64,000 bases of DNA. It comes from Sphaerochaetaceae bacterium (lineage in GTDB: Bacteria; Spirochaetota; Spirochaetia; Sphaerochaetales; Sphaerochaetaceae). The notes under the pieces were generated by a model that was given only the letters and a program-made list of their open reading frames with translations, made no database searches and was not told the origin of the DNA. The stretch is from contig CAXXKP010000006.1 in NCBI GenBank assembly GCA_963663665.2, positions 294,978 through 358,977 of the forward strand. Reading direction: 5' to 3'. Shown in pieces: positions 48,591 through 58,597 of the stretch. Position numbers and translations under genes: made by a program. Numbering within the stretch: position 1 is the stretch's first letter; every line of letters begins with the position of its first letter.

Positions 48591-50411
48591 TTATTGATTT
48601 TTACTATCAGTAGTTTTTAAAACAGCGAGGAATGCTTGTTGCGGAATCTCTACATTTCCGACCATTTTCATTCTTTTCTTTCCTTCTTTCTGTTTCTCAA
48701 GAAGTTTTCTTTTTCTCCCAATGTCACCACCATAGCACTTCGCAGTGACATCCTTACGGTAGGCATTTACTGTTTCTCTCGAAATAATCGAGCCACCAAT
48801 TGCCCCTTGTATTGCAATTTTAAACATCTGTCTCGGAATTTCGTCTTTTAATCGCTCACAGACTTGCCTTGCTCTAACTGTAGCATTTTGTTTAAATACA
48901 AGCTGACTTAAAGCATCAACAGGTTCAGCATTAACAAGAATATCGAGTCTTACAAGATCGGTTCTTCGATATCCTATCACATGATAATCAAAACTTGCAT
49001 ATCCACGTGAAACAGATTTGAGTCGATCATAGAATTCAAACAAGACCTCCGCCAGAGGCATTTCATAAATCAATTCAACCCTTTTCTCGTCAAGATAATT
49101 CATTGCTACCTGAATTCCTCTTTTTTCCATACATAGACTCATAATATTACCAACATATGTGGTAGGCGTTATAATTTCTGCTTGTATATATGGTTCTTCT
49201 GCATAATCTACGTTCATGGGTTCAGGATACTCAAGAGGATTATCAATTTTTAGCTCATCGCCATTTTTCATATGTACGACATATCGAACAGATGGGCTTG
49301 TGAATACGATAGAGAGATCAAATTCTCTCTCAATTCTTTCTTGGACAACCTCTAAATGGAGCATACCAAGGAATCCACATCGAAATCCAAAGCCAAGTGC
49401 AGCGGAAGAATCTTTTTCATAAATCAATGAAGCATCATTTAATTTGAGACGATCGATAGCTTCTTGGAGTTCTTCGTAATCATTTGAGTCGACTGGATAA
49501 ATAGAACTGAATACAACAGGTTTAACTTCTTTAAAACCTGGCAGTGGGGTCTTACAAGGCTCACTAGCCTTCGTTACAGTGTCCCCTACTCTAATATCTC
49601 TAATAGTCTTTATGCCAGCAATAAAATAGCCTACATCACCTGCGCTAAGTTCATCACAACTTACCAGTCCCATCTTAAAAACACCAACTTCTTCAACAAC
49701 ATATTCACCTTTCGTTGAAAAAAGTTGAATAGTATCACCTTTCTTAATATTTCCATCAAATATCCTGAAATGGACAATAACACCTCTATATGGGTCATAA
49801 TGACTATCGAAAATGAGACCCCTAAGTGGGGCATTTTCTTGACCCTTAGGAGGTGGAATATGAGCGACTATTGATTCGAATAATTCATCAACTCCCAATC
49901 CGGTCTTGGCAGAGACAAGAGATGCTAAATCAGAATCGAGTCCAAGGTCATGATTAATCTGATGAAGACATGCATCAATATCTGCGCTAGGGAGGTCAAC
50001 TTTATTAATAACAGGGATTATCTCTAGGTTTAATTCCATAGCCATATACATATTTGCTAATGTCTGGGCTTCAACTCCTTGAGACGCATCGATGAGTAAT
50101 AGAGCTCCTTCACAAGAGCCTATTGCTCTACTCACCTCATACGAGAAGTCAACGTGTCCCGGAGTATCTACAAGGTTCAGTTCGTACATATGCCCATCTT
50201 TAGCAAGATAAGGAATTGTAACTGCCTGACTTTTGATTGTGATACCACGTTCTCGTTCTATATCCATATTATCGAGCATCTGCTGTTGAATTGGTCCACG
50301 AGTGGTAACTAACTTAGCTTTGTCAATAAATCTATCTGCCAAGGTTGATTTGCCGTGGTCAATGTGCGCAATAATACAAAAATTGCGTGTGAAGTGTGAA
50401 TCTTTTCCCAT
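48591..50411 (-). CDS. lepA: elongation factor 4 (LepA)
   Basis: IRNFCIIAHIDHGKST, DTPGHVDF, NKVD. Start moved to ATG 50411. Confidence 0.95.
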   Translation of the reverse strand: MGKDSHFTRNFCIIAHIDHGKSTLADRFIDKAKLVTTRGPIQQQMLDNMDIERERGITIKSQAVTIPYLAKDGHMYELNLVDTPGHVDFSYEVSRAIGSCEGALLLIDASQGVEAQTLANMYMAMELNLEIIPVINKVDLPSADIDACLHQINHDLGLDSDLASLVSAKTGLGVDELFESIVAHIPPPKGQENAPLRGLIFDSHYDPYRGVIVHFRIFDGNIKKGDTIQLFSTKGEYVVEEVGVFKMGLVSCDELSAGDVGYFIAGIKTIRDIRVGDTVTKASEPCKTPLPGFKEVKPVVFSSIYPVDSNDYEELQEAIDRLKLNDASLIYEKDSSAALGFGFRCGFLGMLHLEVVQERIEREFDLSIVFTSPSVRYVVHMKNGDELKIDNPLEYPEPMNVDYAEEPYIQAEIITPTTYVGNIMSLCMEKRGIQVAMNYLDEKRVELIYEMPLAEVLFEFYDRLKSVSRGYASFDYHVIGYRRTDLVRLDILVNAEPVDALSQLVFKQNATVRARQVCERLKDEIPRQMFKIAIQGAIGGSIISRETVNAYRKDVTAKCYGGDIGRKRKLLEKQKEGKKRMKMVGNVEIPQQAFLAVLKTTDSKNQ

Positions 50412-50433
50412 ATTTTTCCCAATTGACCACGTC

Positions 50434-52425
50434 TTATAATAAAGACGTGATGCTTCCACTCATTTCAAACCCTAATAGCTCTCTGATATCTTTATCATCA
50501 AGAGTTTCACGTTCAATTAAAGCAGAAGTTAGTTTTTCGAGTTGATCACGATATTCGGTAAGGATGTGCCGAGTTTCTTTAAGAGCACCATCTAAAATCT
50601 TAGATATTTCAACATCTATTTTCTTTGCTGTATCTTCAGAATAGTCTTTATGCTGAGCAATTTCTCTTCCCAAGAAAAGAGGTTCGTCATCTTTTCCAAA
50701 TCCAATAAAACCAAGAGAACTCATTCCCCACTCTGTAACCATCTTTCGAGCGATATCTGTTGCTTGTTTAATGTCATTGCTTGTCCCAGTAGTAGTCTCA
50801 CCATACACAAGCTCCTCTGCAACATACCCCCCCATGCAAACTTTAATCCAATCATAGAGAGCACTTTTATTCTTCGTATATGCATCTTTCTCAGGAAGGC
50901 TGATTGTCAAACCTAAGGCCCTACCATGAGGAATAATTGTAACTTTATGCAATGGATCTAAATGATCTAGATGATAATGAAGCAATGCGTGGCCAGACTC
51001 ATGATATGCGGTAGCCTTTTTCTCGTCAGGGGTCATAATTTTTGAAACTTTAGCAACTCCTAGTAATAATTTATCACGAGCTTTTTCAAAGTCTTCCATT
51101 GTGACTGTGTTGCGGTTACTACGTGCTGCAAAAAGGGCTGCTTCATTTACAAGGTTGGCAAGGTCAGCACCACTCGTTCCTGGAGTTGCACGAGCAATTC
51201 TATTTAAATTAACATCATCTGCGTTTTTAATTTTTTTACAATGGATAGAGAGAATCGCTTCTCGCTCTCCTACATCAGGCATATCGACTACAACTTGACG
51301 GTCAAATCTACCTGGCCTTAAAAGTGCAGGGTCTAAAACATCCGGTCTATTAGTTGCCGCTATGACAATAACACCTATTGCAGTATCAAAACCATCCATT
51401 TCAACAAGCATCTGATTAAGGGTTTGTTCTCTTTCATCATGACCACCACCAAGACCTGAACCTCTTGTCCTTCCTACAGCATCTAATTCATCAATAAATA
51501 ATATACTTGGGGCATGTTTTCTCCCTTGCTCAAAAAGATCTCTCACTCGAGAAGCTCCCACACCTACAAACATTTCAACGAAGTCAGAACCACTCATATG
51601 GAAGAATGCAACCCCTGCTTCACCAGCTACTGCTTTCGCAAGTAATGTTTTACCAGTTCCAGGAGGACCAACTAGCAATACTCCTTTAGGAATCTTTGCC
51701 CCAATGGCAAGGAATCTTTTTGGATTTTTCAGGAAGTCAACAACTTCTTGAAGCTCATACTTTGCCTCTTTTTGTCCAGCCACATCATCAAATGTGGTTT
51801 TTACATCACTTTCCATATACTCTTTAGCTTTAGACTTACTGAAAGCCATCACGTTCCCGTTAGCACCCTTTGTTTGTCTCCAAAGCATTACGGTGAAGCC
51901 AATGAAAATTATCCAAGGAAGCATTTGTAGAAGCAGTTGAAGAAATGAGACTCCCTGAACAGTACCAGTAATTTGAACATTGTATTCTTTAAGAGTATCC
52001 ATGAGAGTTGTATCATCATATGGGATTCTCGTAGTAGCACTCATACTATTACGTAAATTGAATGTTATTATTCGTTCATCTTGAATCTCTACAGAGTTTA
52101 CTTGATTTGTTTCAACATACTGAAGAAATGCACTATAAGGAACCTCTTGAAGGCCCATTTTTGATCCATCATTAAAAAGCATGATTAAAAAGGTCACAAT
52201 TAAGAATACAAAAAAACCTAAAGCGAGACGATTCTTTCTATTTAAATCAAATTTAGGACCATTAGGAGAACCTTTCTTTTGAGAATTATTCCCATCATTA
52301 TTGTTTCTCATTCCAGACCAATAGCCACCATCATTTTTCTTCTTATCATTATCTGAGTTATTTTTCGATCCATTTGAATCTTTTTCTGGCTCTTCATACT
52401 TTTTATCTTCGTTATCTTTGTCCAC
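50434..52425 (-). CDS. ftsH: ATP-dependent zinc metalloprotease FtsH
   Basis: [21 protein letters not shown] region, HESGHAL zinc motif. About 65-aa low-complexity N-terminal extension. Confidence 0.95.
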   Translation of the reverse strand: MDKDNEDKKYEEPEKDSNGSKNNSDNDKKKNDGGYWSGMRNNNDGNNSQKKGSPNGPKFDLNRKNRLALGFFVFLIVTFLIMLFNDGSKMGLQEVPYSAFLQYVETNQVNSVEIQDERIITFNLRNSMSATTRIPYDDTTLMDTLKEYNVQITGTVQGVSFLQLLLQMLPWIIFIGFTVMLWRQTKGANGNVMAFSKSKAKEYMESDVKTTFDDVAGQKEAKYELQEVVDFLKNPKRFLAIGAKIPKGVLLVGPPGTGKTLLAKAVAGEAGVAFFHMSGSDFVEMFVGVGASRVRDLFEQGRKHAPSILFIDELDAVGRTRGSGLGGGHDEREQTLNQMLVEMDGFDTAIGVIVIAATNRPDVLDPALLRPGRFDRQVVVDMPDVGEREAILSIHCKKIKNADDVNLNRIARATPGTSGADLANLVNEAALFAARSNRNTVTMEDFEKARDKLLLGVAKVSKIMTPDEKKATAYHESGHALLHYHLDHLDPLHKVTIIPHGRALGLTISLPEKDAYTKNKSALYDWIKVCMGGYVAEELVYGETTTGTSNDIKQATDIARKMVTEWGMSSLGFIGFGKDDEPLFLGREIAQHKDYSEDTAKKIDVEISKILDGALKETRHILTEYRDQLEKLTSALIERETLDDKDIRELLGFEMSGSITSLL

Positions 52426-52429
52426 AATA

Positions 52430-53839
52430 TTATCCTTCTATAATCTTTATACTATATAATGTAGTTAATTTTCCAGCAAGGGGCGAGAGAAATACACGTT
52501 TAGACACCCTATCTTTACCCCTAAAACATCTTCCAAATATTGCAATAACCCCTATGTCATCAACTAAAATGGGTATCTCCCACCTAACTGAGGCTTCAAT
52601 ATGCCAACTTGCAAATAATGAGGAAACACTCTTTGTTCCCTCTTTCAATTCAATGGTATCGTGAGATTGATAGGATCTCACCGCTAATTGGCCTACAATA
52701 CATTCATCATCTATCCAAATTGTCTCTTTATCTTCTTCTTTGATACTCATCTTCCCTTGTCGCACTAAATAATAAGAATGATGAAGGTGTGTATAATTTG
52801 AATATACTAGGGAAAAATAGAAAACGCCTAGTGCCTCTTTTCCCTTTCTCCATTTCATCTCACTATTCGAGAAGGTAAGAAAAGAGTGTGCTAGATCAAT
52901 TCTGCTCGATTTTCTCTTGCCTTGTATTATCGTAACAATATCGTCAACGCTTTGACTTGGTAAACGGAGTCGTCCAACAAAAGATAACTGATTATACGCA
53001 TAATAGAGAACTCTTCGTAATATCACAGGTGGGAAATTAGTGAGATACTTTATATCTAACACAATTTCCTCATCGCTCAATTTTCTTACACTCTTTGCGC
53101 TAGCTTCACGAGCAACCCCATCAACATATTCATTCAATTGCTCCATTTCATCACTAAGACGAGAAAGGCCATCGTCCCAACGAGGAAAAATATCTTTTAA
53201 AGTTGGAACGAGTAAATGCCGAATTTTGTTTCGTAAATAGAGATGCTCATTATTAGTTGGATCTTCTACCCATTGGAGTTGTTTTTCAGTCAGATATTCT
53301 TCAATCTCTCCTCTCGTAATCCCTAGCAAAGGCCGAATAAGTGAACCTGCCTGTTCTTGAATTGGGGCTGAAAAATTATGCCTGCTTCCTTGAAATAACC
53401 GCATAAGTAACGTTTCACTCTGATCATTCTTATTGTGAGCCGTTGCTATATAAGAAAATGTTAATCGTTTTCGAATCTCTTCTAATCTGGCATACCGATA
53501 AAAGCGAGCAGCCTCTTCAAGACCATTCTTTCTTTCTTTGGATAATTGTTCTATTTCGCCCTCTCTTGCTTCGATAAGAATAAAATCAACGTCAAGAGAA
53601 GTACACACAGCCCTATTTTGGTCAACTTCCCGAATAAGTTCTATCTCATCTCTTAATCTATGATTCACATAAAGAGCCTTTATGTAGTCCTTAGGATAAC
53701 ATTGCCTAAGCAGCGATAAAAGAGAGAGCGAATCAGCCCCTCCACTAAAAGCAACAAGAATTCCATCAGTTAATGAAATTCTGTGTGTAGCAAGAAATTC
53801 CTCAACTTTATTAAGAAGTGACTCTTCGATTGTATGCAC
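52430..53839 (-). CDS. tilS: tRNA(Ile)-lysidine synthase
   Basis: PP-loop VAFSGGADS. 469 aa. GTG start 6 nt after GAGGAGG, overlapping the pth 3' end by 29 nt. Confidence 0.85.
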   Translation of the reverse strand: MHTIEESLLNKVEEFLATHRISLTDGILVAFSGGADSLSLLSLLRQCYPKDYIKALYVNHRLRDEIELIREVDQNRAVCTSLDVDFILIEAREGEIEQLSKERKNGLEEAARFYRYARLEEIRKRLTFSYIATAHNKNDQSETLLMRLFQGSRHNFSAPIQEQAGSLIRPLLGITRGEIEEYLTEKQLQWVEDPTNNEHLYLRNKIRHLLVPTLKDIFPRWDDGLSRLSDEMEQLNEYVDGVAREASAKSVRKLSDEEIVLDIKYLTNFPPVILRRVLYYAYNQLSFVGRLRLPSQSVDDIVTIIQGKRKSSRIDLAHSFLTFSNSEMKWRKGKEALGVFYFSLVYSNYTHLHHSYYLVRQGKMSIKEEDKETIWIDDECIVGQLAVRSYQSHDTIELKEGTKSVSSLFASWHIEASVRWEIPILVDDIGVIAIFGRCFRGKDRVSKRVFLSPLAGKLTTLYSIKIIEG

Positions 53840-54380
53840 GAGAGACCTCCTCTAAAGGAACTTTATTAATAAGATCTTTAAGAGCATTTGTTGCTTCATC
53901 AATTCCTTTTTGGAGCATCGCCTTTTCTGTATCATCTTGTGGAACACCAAGGACAAAATCGACAACACTCTCGGGAGGGGAAGGACGCCCAATTCCTATA
54001 TAAAGACGAATGAAATCATGCTCTGCGAGATTTGCTATAAGTGATTTCAAACCATTATGACCAGCACTCCCACCTCCTCGCTTAATCCGAATTATTCCTG
54101 CTGGCAAGTCTAGAGTATCGCAAATAACGATAATATCTTTCGCAGAGTATGTGTTTAGAGGGGAGAAGGTTAATACTTTCCCAGAGTTATTCATATACGT
54201 GAGAGGTGTGACGATAAGGGTTTCTTTATTAAGTTTACTAAAGGCGTAGGGACGACAACAGCGTTTTCTCATCTTTACTTGAAAAAACGCTGTTATTTGT
54301 TCTAGGACATTAAATCCTACATTATGTCGTGTATTGCTGTAAGTAAGCCCTGGATTCCCAAGACCAATAATAAGTGGCAG
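53811..54380 (-). CDS. pth: peptidyl-tRNA hydrolase
   Basis: The track ORF (from ATG 54272) lacks the conserved N-terminus. Reading the same frame upstream gives (L)PLIIGLGNPGLTYSNTRHNVGF. The only plausible initiator is CTG 54380, 5 nt after AGGAGG. Confidence 0.8.
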   Translation of the reverse strand: MPLIIGLGNPGLTYSNTRHNVGFNVLEQITAFFQVKMRKRCCRPYAFSKLNKETLIVTPLTYMNNSGKVLTFSPLNTYSAKDIIVICDTLDLPAGIIRIKRGGGSAGHNGLKSLIANLAEHDFIRLYIGIGRPSPPESVVDFVLGVPQDDTEKAMLQKGIDEATNALKDLINKVPLEEVSRAYNRRVTS

Positions 54381-54391
54381 AATAGCCTCCT

Positions 54392-55006
54392 TTATTTCTC
54401 TTCAGCTTCTTCTACTTCTTCTTCAGATTCTTCTTCATCAGATGCAGCAACTACTTCTTTCACACCCTTGACTGTTGCAATAGTCATATCTTGTGTATGA
54501 AGGAACTTAACGCCGGCTGGGACAACTACTTGTGCAATATGAACACTTTCATTGATATTTAAACTAGAAACATCTACTTCAATAGATTGTGGTAAATCTT
54601 TTGGCAAACATTCGACTTCAATTTCATGAGTAATCTGCTCTAAAACTCCACCAAATTTTGCCCCTACTGGATTCCCAACAAGTACAACAGATACGTGAGT
54701 TCTTAATACTTCACCTTTCGTTACTTCAAAAAAGTCAACATGAAGAACTTTCCCGAGCATTACATTCTCTTGAAAATCTTTCATTAGAACGCTGTAATTC
54801 TTTCTTCCTACTTTAATGGTTAAAAGTGTAGATTCTGAAAAGTGGCGTAATTTATTCTGGAACTCTTTTGCATCGAGCGTAATATGCTCATTGTCATTCT
54901 TTCCATAGATGACTGCAGGTATACGGCCTTGAGCCAATACTCTTCTTGAACCGGCTGAGCCGAAGTCCTCGGTTCTTTTTTCACCAGTCAACTTCATATC
55001 TTTCAT
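54392..55006 (-). CDS. rplY: 50S ribosomal protein L25 / general stress protein Ctc
   Basis: RR..G.IPAVIYG N-terminal motif, two-domain Ctc form with an acidic tail. SD GAGGAG. Confidence 0.9.
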   Translation of the reverse strand: MKDMKLTGEKRTEDFGSAGSRRVLAQGRIPAVIYGKNDNEHITLDAKEFQNKLRHFSESTLLTIKVGRKNYSVLMKDFQENVMLGKVLHVDFFEVTKGEVLRTHVSVVLVGNPVGAKFGGVLEQITHEIEVECLPKDLPQSIEVDVSSLNINESVHIAQVVVPAGVKFLHTQDMTIATVKGVKEVVAASDEEESEEEVEEAEEK

Positions 55007-55034
55007 GAAAAACTCCTCTTGATAATCCTAAAAA

Positions 55035-55106
55035 CAGGGGCGGCAGGATTCGAACCTACGCATGCCGGCACCAAAAACCAGAGCCTTACCACTTGGCTAC
55101 ACCCCT
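55035..55106 (-). tRNA. tRNA-Gln (anticodon UUG), no encoded CCA
   Basis: Folded by hand: acceptor AGGGGTG/CGCCCCT, D-arm GCCAAGTGGTAAGGC, anticodon stem CTGGT/GCCGG with loop TT-TTG-GT, T-arm GTAGG-TTCGAAT-CCTGC, discriminator G. Close to E. coli tRNA-Gln. Confidence 0.85.
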
Positions 55107-55225
55107 ATACCCACCGATTCAGTAGGAAGTCACACTAGGTGACATCGCACATCAAAATACAGGTTTTTACTCTGTTTGTCCAGTGGTAATCGACTGTTTA
55201 AGAGATTTTCTTAATTATTATTGGT

Positions 55226-55510
55226 CTATTCATCCCAATCTTGACTTTCAGCCGGTTCATCTGCACTTTCGTATGCTTCAAGAATAGCCTCTTGCATTAT
55301 TGCTCTAAAGTCACTGCTAATAGGATGAGCAACATCTTTAAACTCACCACTCTTAGTTTTTCTACTTGGCATTGCAACAAATAATCCACTTTTCCCATCA
55401 ATAACTTTTAAATTGTGAATTACAAATTGGTCGTCGAACGTAATGGTAGCATATGCTCGCAATTTACCTTCCGAAGTAATTTTCCTCACCCTCACGTCAG
55501 TAATTTTCAT
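55226..55510 (-). CDS. spoVG: SpoVG family protein
   Basis: MKITDVRVRKI...A.ITFDD.FVIH.LKVI.G..GLFVAMPSRK. 94 aa. Confidence 0.9.
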   Translation of the reverse strand: MKITDVRVRKITSEGKLRAYATITFDDQFVIHNLKVIDGKSGLFVAMPSRKTKSGEFKDVAHPISSDFRAIMQEAILEAYESADEPAESQDWDE

Positions 55511-55554
55511 GTCTGCACCTCTTATGCTGTAAATTTAATAAACGTATATTTACT

Positions 55555-56439
55555 TTACAAGAGATGCATACAATTTGTCAAAGTATTTGTGACTTGAGTC
55601 TTATATTTTTCTTCTAATAAGGATAAAATATCACCCTCATCACCCCTATCAGTAATAGTGTACAGTGCTGATCCACTGCCACTAATCGATCTGTACCAGT
55701 TTTTTTCTCTATTTGTTGTATTGAATAATTTATTGTATAAATCATTATATTCAATAATTATATTATTAAAATCATTATAAAAAGTCCAATCCTTAACTGA
55801 TTTTGCATAAATATGACATAACAACTGCATGCTAGGGGGACTAAGAACTTCCCGACTAGCAGCTCTTGACTCATCTAAATCAGTAAAAGCTTGTTTTGTG
55901 GATACGCCAAAACCCCGTGGAACTGAGAGAACAACAGCAAGGTCATTCCTCGGATGTATAGGCGTCACTATTTCTCCTCTCCCCTCTACATAAGCAAAAG
56001 GAGTCTTATGTAGAAAGAAAGGAACATCTGAACCGACTTCAAGTCCAAGCGAATGAAGTTCTTTATCATTCAGCGGATAATGATAAATTTGTTGAAGGAG
56101 ATGAAGTACAGTTGCTGCATTTGAAGATCCACCACCTAGCCCCCCTTGGATGGGGATATTCTTCTTTATCGTAATAGAAACTTTTGCATGCGTTTGAATC
56201 TTTTGAAGGTATAACTGAGTTACTGTATACATCAAGTTAGATGTAAGAGGAACATTATCCATTCCAGAGATAAAAATTTCCGTAGTGAATTGTTCATGGA
56301 TTTCAATCGTAATCATATCATAAAGTGATATAAGGTGGAAAAGTGAAGAAAGTGAATGATATCCATCTTCTCGTCTTTGAGAGATATGAAGATGAAGATT
56401 TATTTTTGCATACGATCTTTCACTCTTAACAATACTCAT
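55555..56439 (-). CDS. ispE: 4-diphosphocytidyl-2-C-methyl-D-erythritol kinase
   Basis: AKINL.LHI N-terminus, GHMP-kinase motif IP..GGLGGGSSNAA. Confidence 0.85.
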   Translation of the reverse strand: MSIVKSERSYAKINLHLHISQRREDGYHSLSSLFHLISLYDMITIEIHEQFTTEIFISGMDNVPLTSNLMYTVTQLYLQKIQTHAKVSITIKKNIPIQGGLGGGSSNAATVLHLLQQIYHYPLNDKELHSLGLEVGSDVPFFLHKTPFAYVEGRGEIVTPIHPRNDLAVVLSVPRGFGVSTKQAFTDLDESRAASREVLSPPSMQLLCHIYAKSVKDWTFYNDFNNIIIEYNDLYNKLFNTTNREKNWYRSISGSGSALYTITDRGDEGDILSLLEEKYKTQVTNTLTNCMHLL

Positions 56440-57176
56440 CCTTCTCTCCAGATATGCTCATCTACTAAAGTTTTTTTAACAATAGGCTCCCATCCTCTAT
56501 TTGCTTGAGGATTTGCTGGACTTGGATGGAGAATACTTGTCACATAAATGTCGCTCTCTAAGCGAGAGATACTTGATTCTAATTTCTTCTTTGCATACTG
56601 CCCTATTCCAATGACGTTTCTAGGATTGATAATGGAAATCATTTGATCTAAATAATTATCACATATCTGTTCAAGCTTTTCTCTTGCGTTCTTTTCAATT
56701 TTTTCCGGTATAATATTCTTCCCGGTGGGTCCTTTGTCGACAAAGACGACTGGACAGTAGTTCATGATTGCAACACTATCGGGGAAAAGAGAACTTACGG
56801 GGAATCTATTTTGAATAAGAGTCCATAGCCGCCTACCACTCACTTCACTCCTAGAACACTTCAAGCCCTCAATAGGTCTCTTCGGGTGACAAGTTGGTAG
56901 ATTTTCTAACTTCTCATCAATACCAAGATAATCTCTCACAACATTGACTTCGCCAAAGGGGATTCCGGTTTGTGCCATCCCGAAAGGACCTGGGTTCATG
57001 CCGAGGAAAAGAGTGTCAGTGTTTTCCTTTACATATAACTCAATGTACTTTTTATGAAAATTCCAAGCATATTGAAGGGGATGGTAAACATACACATCTT
57101 CCTGATACTCTATATGAGCACATTTAAACGCAAATTGAGATGTAATTTCAATAAGTTCTTCTATAACAGCACTCAT
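56436..57176 (-). CDS. SMUG1-like (family 3) uracil-DNA glycosylase
   Basis: GMNPGPFGMAQTGIPFGE and HPSPANPQANRGW closely match the two SMUG1 signature motifs. Confidence 0.75.
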   Translation of the reverse strand: MSAVIEELIEITSQFAFKCAHIEYQEDVYVYHPLQYAWNFHKKYIELYVKENTDTLFLGMNPGPFGMAQTGIPFGEVNVVRDYLGIDEKLENLPTCHPKRPIEGLKCSRSEVSGRRLWTLIQNRFPVSSLFPDSVAIMNYCPVVFVDKGPTGKNIIPEKIEKNAREKLEQICDNYLDQMISIINPRNVIGIGQYAKKKLESSISRLESDIYVTSILHPSPANPQANRGWEPIVKKTLVDEHIWREG

Positions 57177-58597
57177 TACTTACCAGTATGAAAGAATGTT
57201 TTCATTGAAATAAAAGCCTTCTTTTTAGAGAGAAGGATATAAGCAACGAAAGCACTAAGTAAATAGATGAAGGAGATGCCAACTGCTAACCAAAAAAGAC
57301 GTGGGTCATTGTTAACGTAACTAAATGCTGGAAGGTTGACACTCAATATGAACGGTATTGCGAGTACAAATACTATTCCAACAGAATACAGGTAATCTGT
57401 TGCAGCTGGGGTTTCAAACTCAGGGTCTACAACTCTCAACAATGCAAGTCCAGTTGGAAGTGTTCCTGTAGCTGTCCCATAAATCAAGAGCATCCGATAA
57501 AACTGATGGTCATCGTACAACCTAGATGCATATGCAGGTAGAATCACTAATGTAATAAGAGCACCGACTAAAGTCAGCACTATGATAGGGAGCCAATAAC
57601 CCTGTACTGCGACTAATGAGATTGCGCCAAGTGACGCAGCTACAGTCAAATCAACACTAAAGCCACTTATTCTATTGCAGGTTGAATTATCTATAGTTGT
57701 TTCGACTTTAAATAATTTCATCAACATTTTCACACCTAAAGCACTAAAAGCACTAAAAATAAAGTTTATCCCCCAAAGAGAATTAGCAAGATCAACGCCC
57801 ATTGGTCCTATTAAGGAAAGTAAACTACTTAAACCTGTTAAGAATCCATAACTAATAAGATATGTTATCATCACGAGAGCAATATGATAGGTGAAGGTAT
57901 CGAGAGATTCTCCATCCGTCGACAGATATGATCCTATTGGTCTTTTTTCTTGGAATCGAGAGAAGAACCCTGTTTTAATCTGATTAGTCTCGACATTTCT
58001 ATGGTACTCATTTCCGACCCATCCTCGCTTGATTCCAGTATTAATAAGAACAACCCCCCCGAAGGAGCCTAAAAGGAATCCAATTGCAGCCATCGTGAGA
58101 CCTACCGAAGGTCCTGCATCAAAACCCATACTCTGCCATGTAGAACCAATACTAAATGCCTGACCAGGCCCTAATTCAAATCCTAGAGCCAGAGTAAACC
58201 CAATTGCGGGGAATAAATCGGGCATTACAGTAGAAATAAGTATTGCAGTAACAAGGAGACCAAAGAATGTTTGTAACCCATATTGACCGATTATAGCGGT
58301 TACGTTCTGAGCAAGAATTCTTTTATTATTCTTTTTATGTTCTCTCTTACCAGTGACACGTAACATCATTGAAATAAAACTAATATTCAAAAGGTGATAG
58401 ACTAACTCACCAAGATAATTACTCCCTAAATTTAATAAAGGTGCAAAAAAATTATAGAAGATTAAGAGAAAAATTCCAGCAATTATTGGGGATGGAATCA
58501 AAAACTTTTGTAAAAACCTAATTCTTGCTCTCAAGAGTGCCGCAAATAGGAGCGATAAAGAAATAATCCCAACATGAATAATATAGTTCCAGTTCAT
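57176..58597 (-). CDS. sodium/glutamate symporter (GltS)-like membrane transporter
   Basis: 473 aa, polytopic. The N-terminal region LLRARIRFLQKFLIPSPIIAG resembles GltS (..FLKKYTIPEPVAGG). Confidence 0.6.
   Translation of the reverse strand: MNWNYIIHVGIISLSLLFAALLRARIRFLQKFLIPSPIIAGIFLLIFYNFFAPLLNLGSNYLGELVYHLLNISFISMMLRVTGKREHKKNNKRILAQNVTAIIGQYGLQTFFGLLVTAILISTVMPDLFPAIGFTLALGFELGPGQAFSIGSTWQSMGFDAGPSVGLTMAAIGFLLGSFGGVVLINTGIKRGWVGNEYHRNVETNQIKTGFFSRFQEKRPIGSYLSTDGESLDTFTYHIALVMITYLISYGFLTGLSSLLSLIGPMGVDLANSLWGINFIFSAFSALGVKMLMKLFKVETTIDNSTCNRISGFSVDLTVAASLGAISLVAVQGYWLPIIVLTLVGALITLVILPAYASRLYDDHQFYRMLLIYGTATGTLPTGLALLRVVDPEFETPAATDYLYSVGIVFVLAIPFILSVNLPAFSYVNNDPRLFWLAVGISFIYLLSAFVAYILLSKKKAFISMKTFFHTGK

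Noticed and set aside
55035-55225. tRNA-Gln as an attachment site for a genomic island.
   Set aside because: There is no integrase, no duplicated tRNA 3' segment and no compositional or gene-content break. The flanking genes are conserved housekeeping genes.
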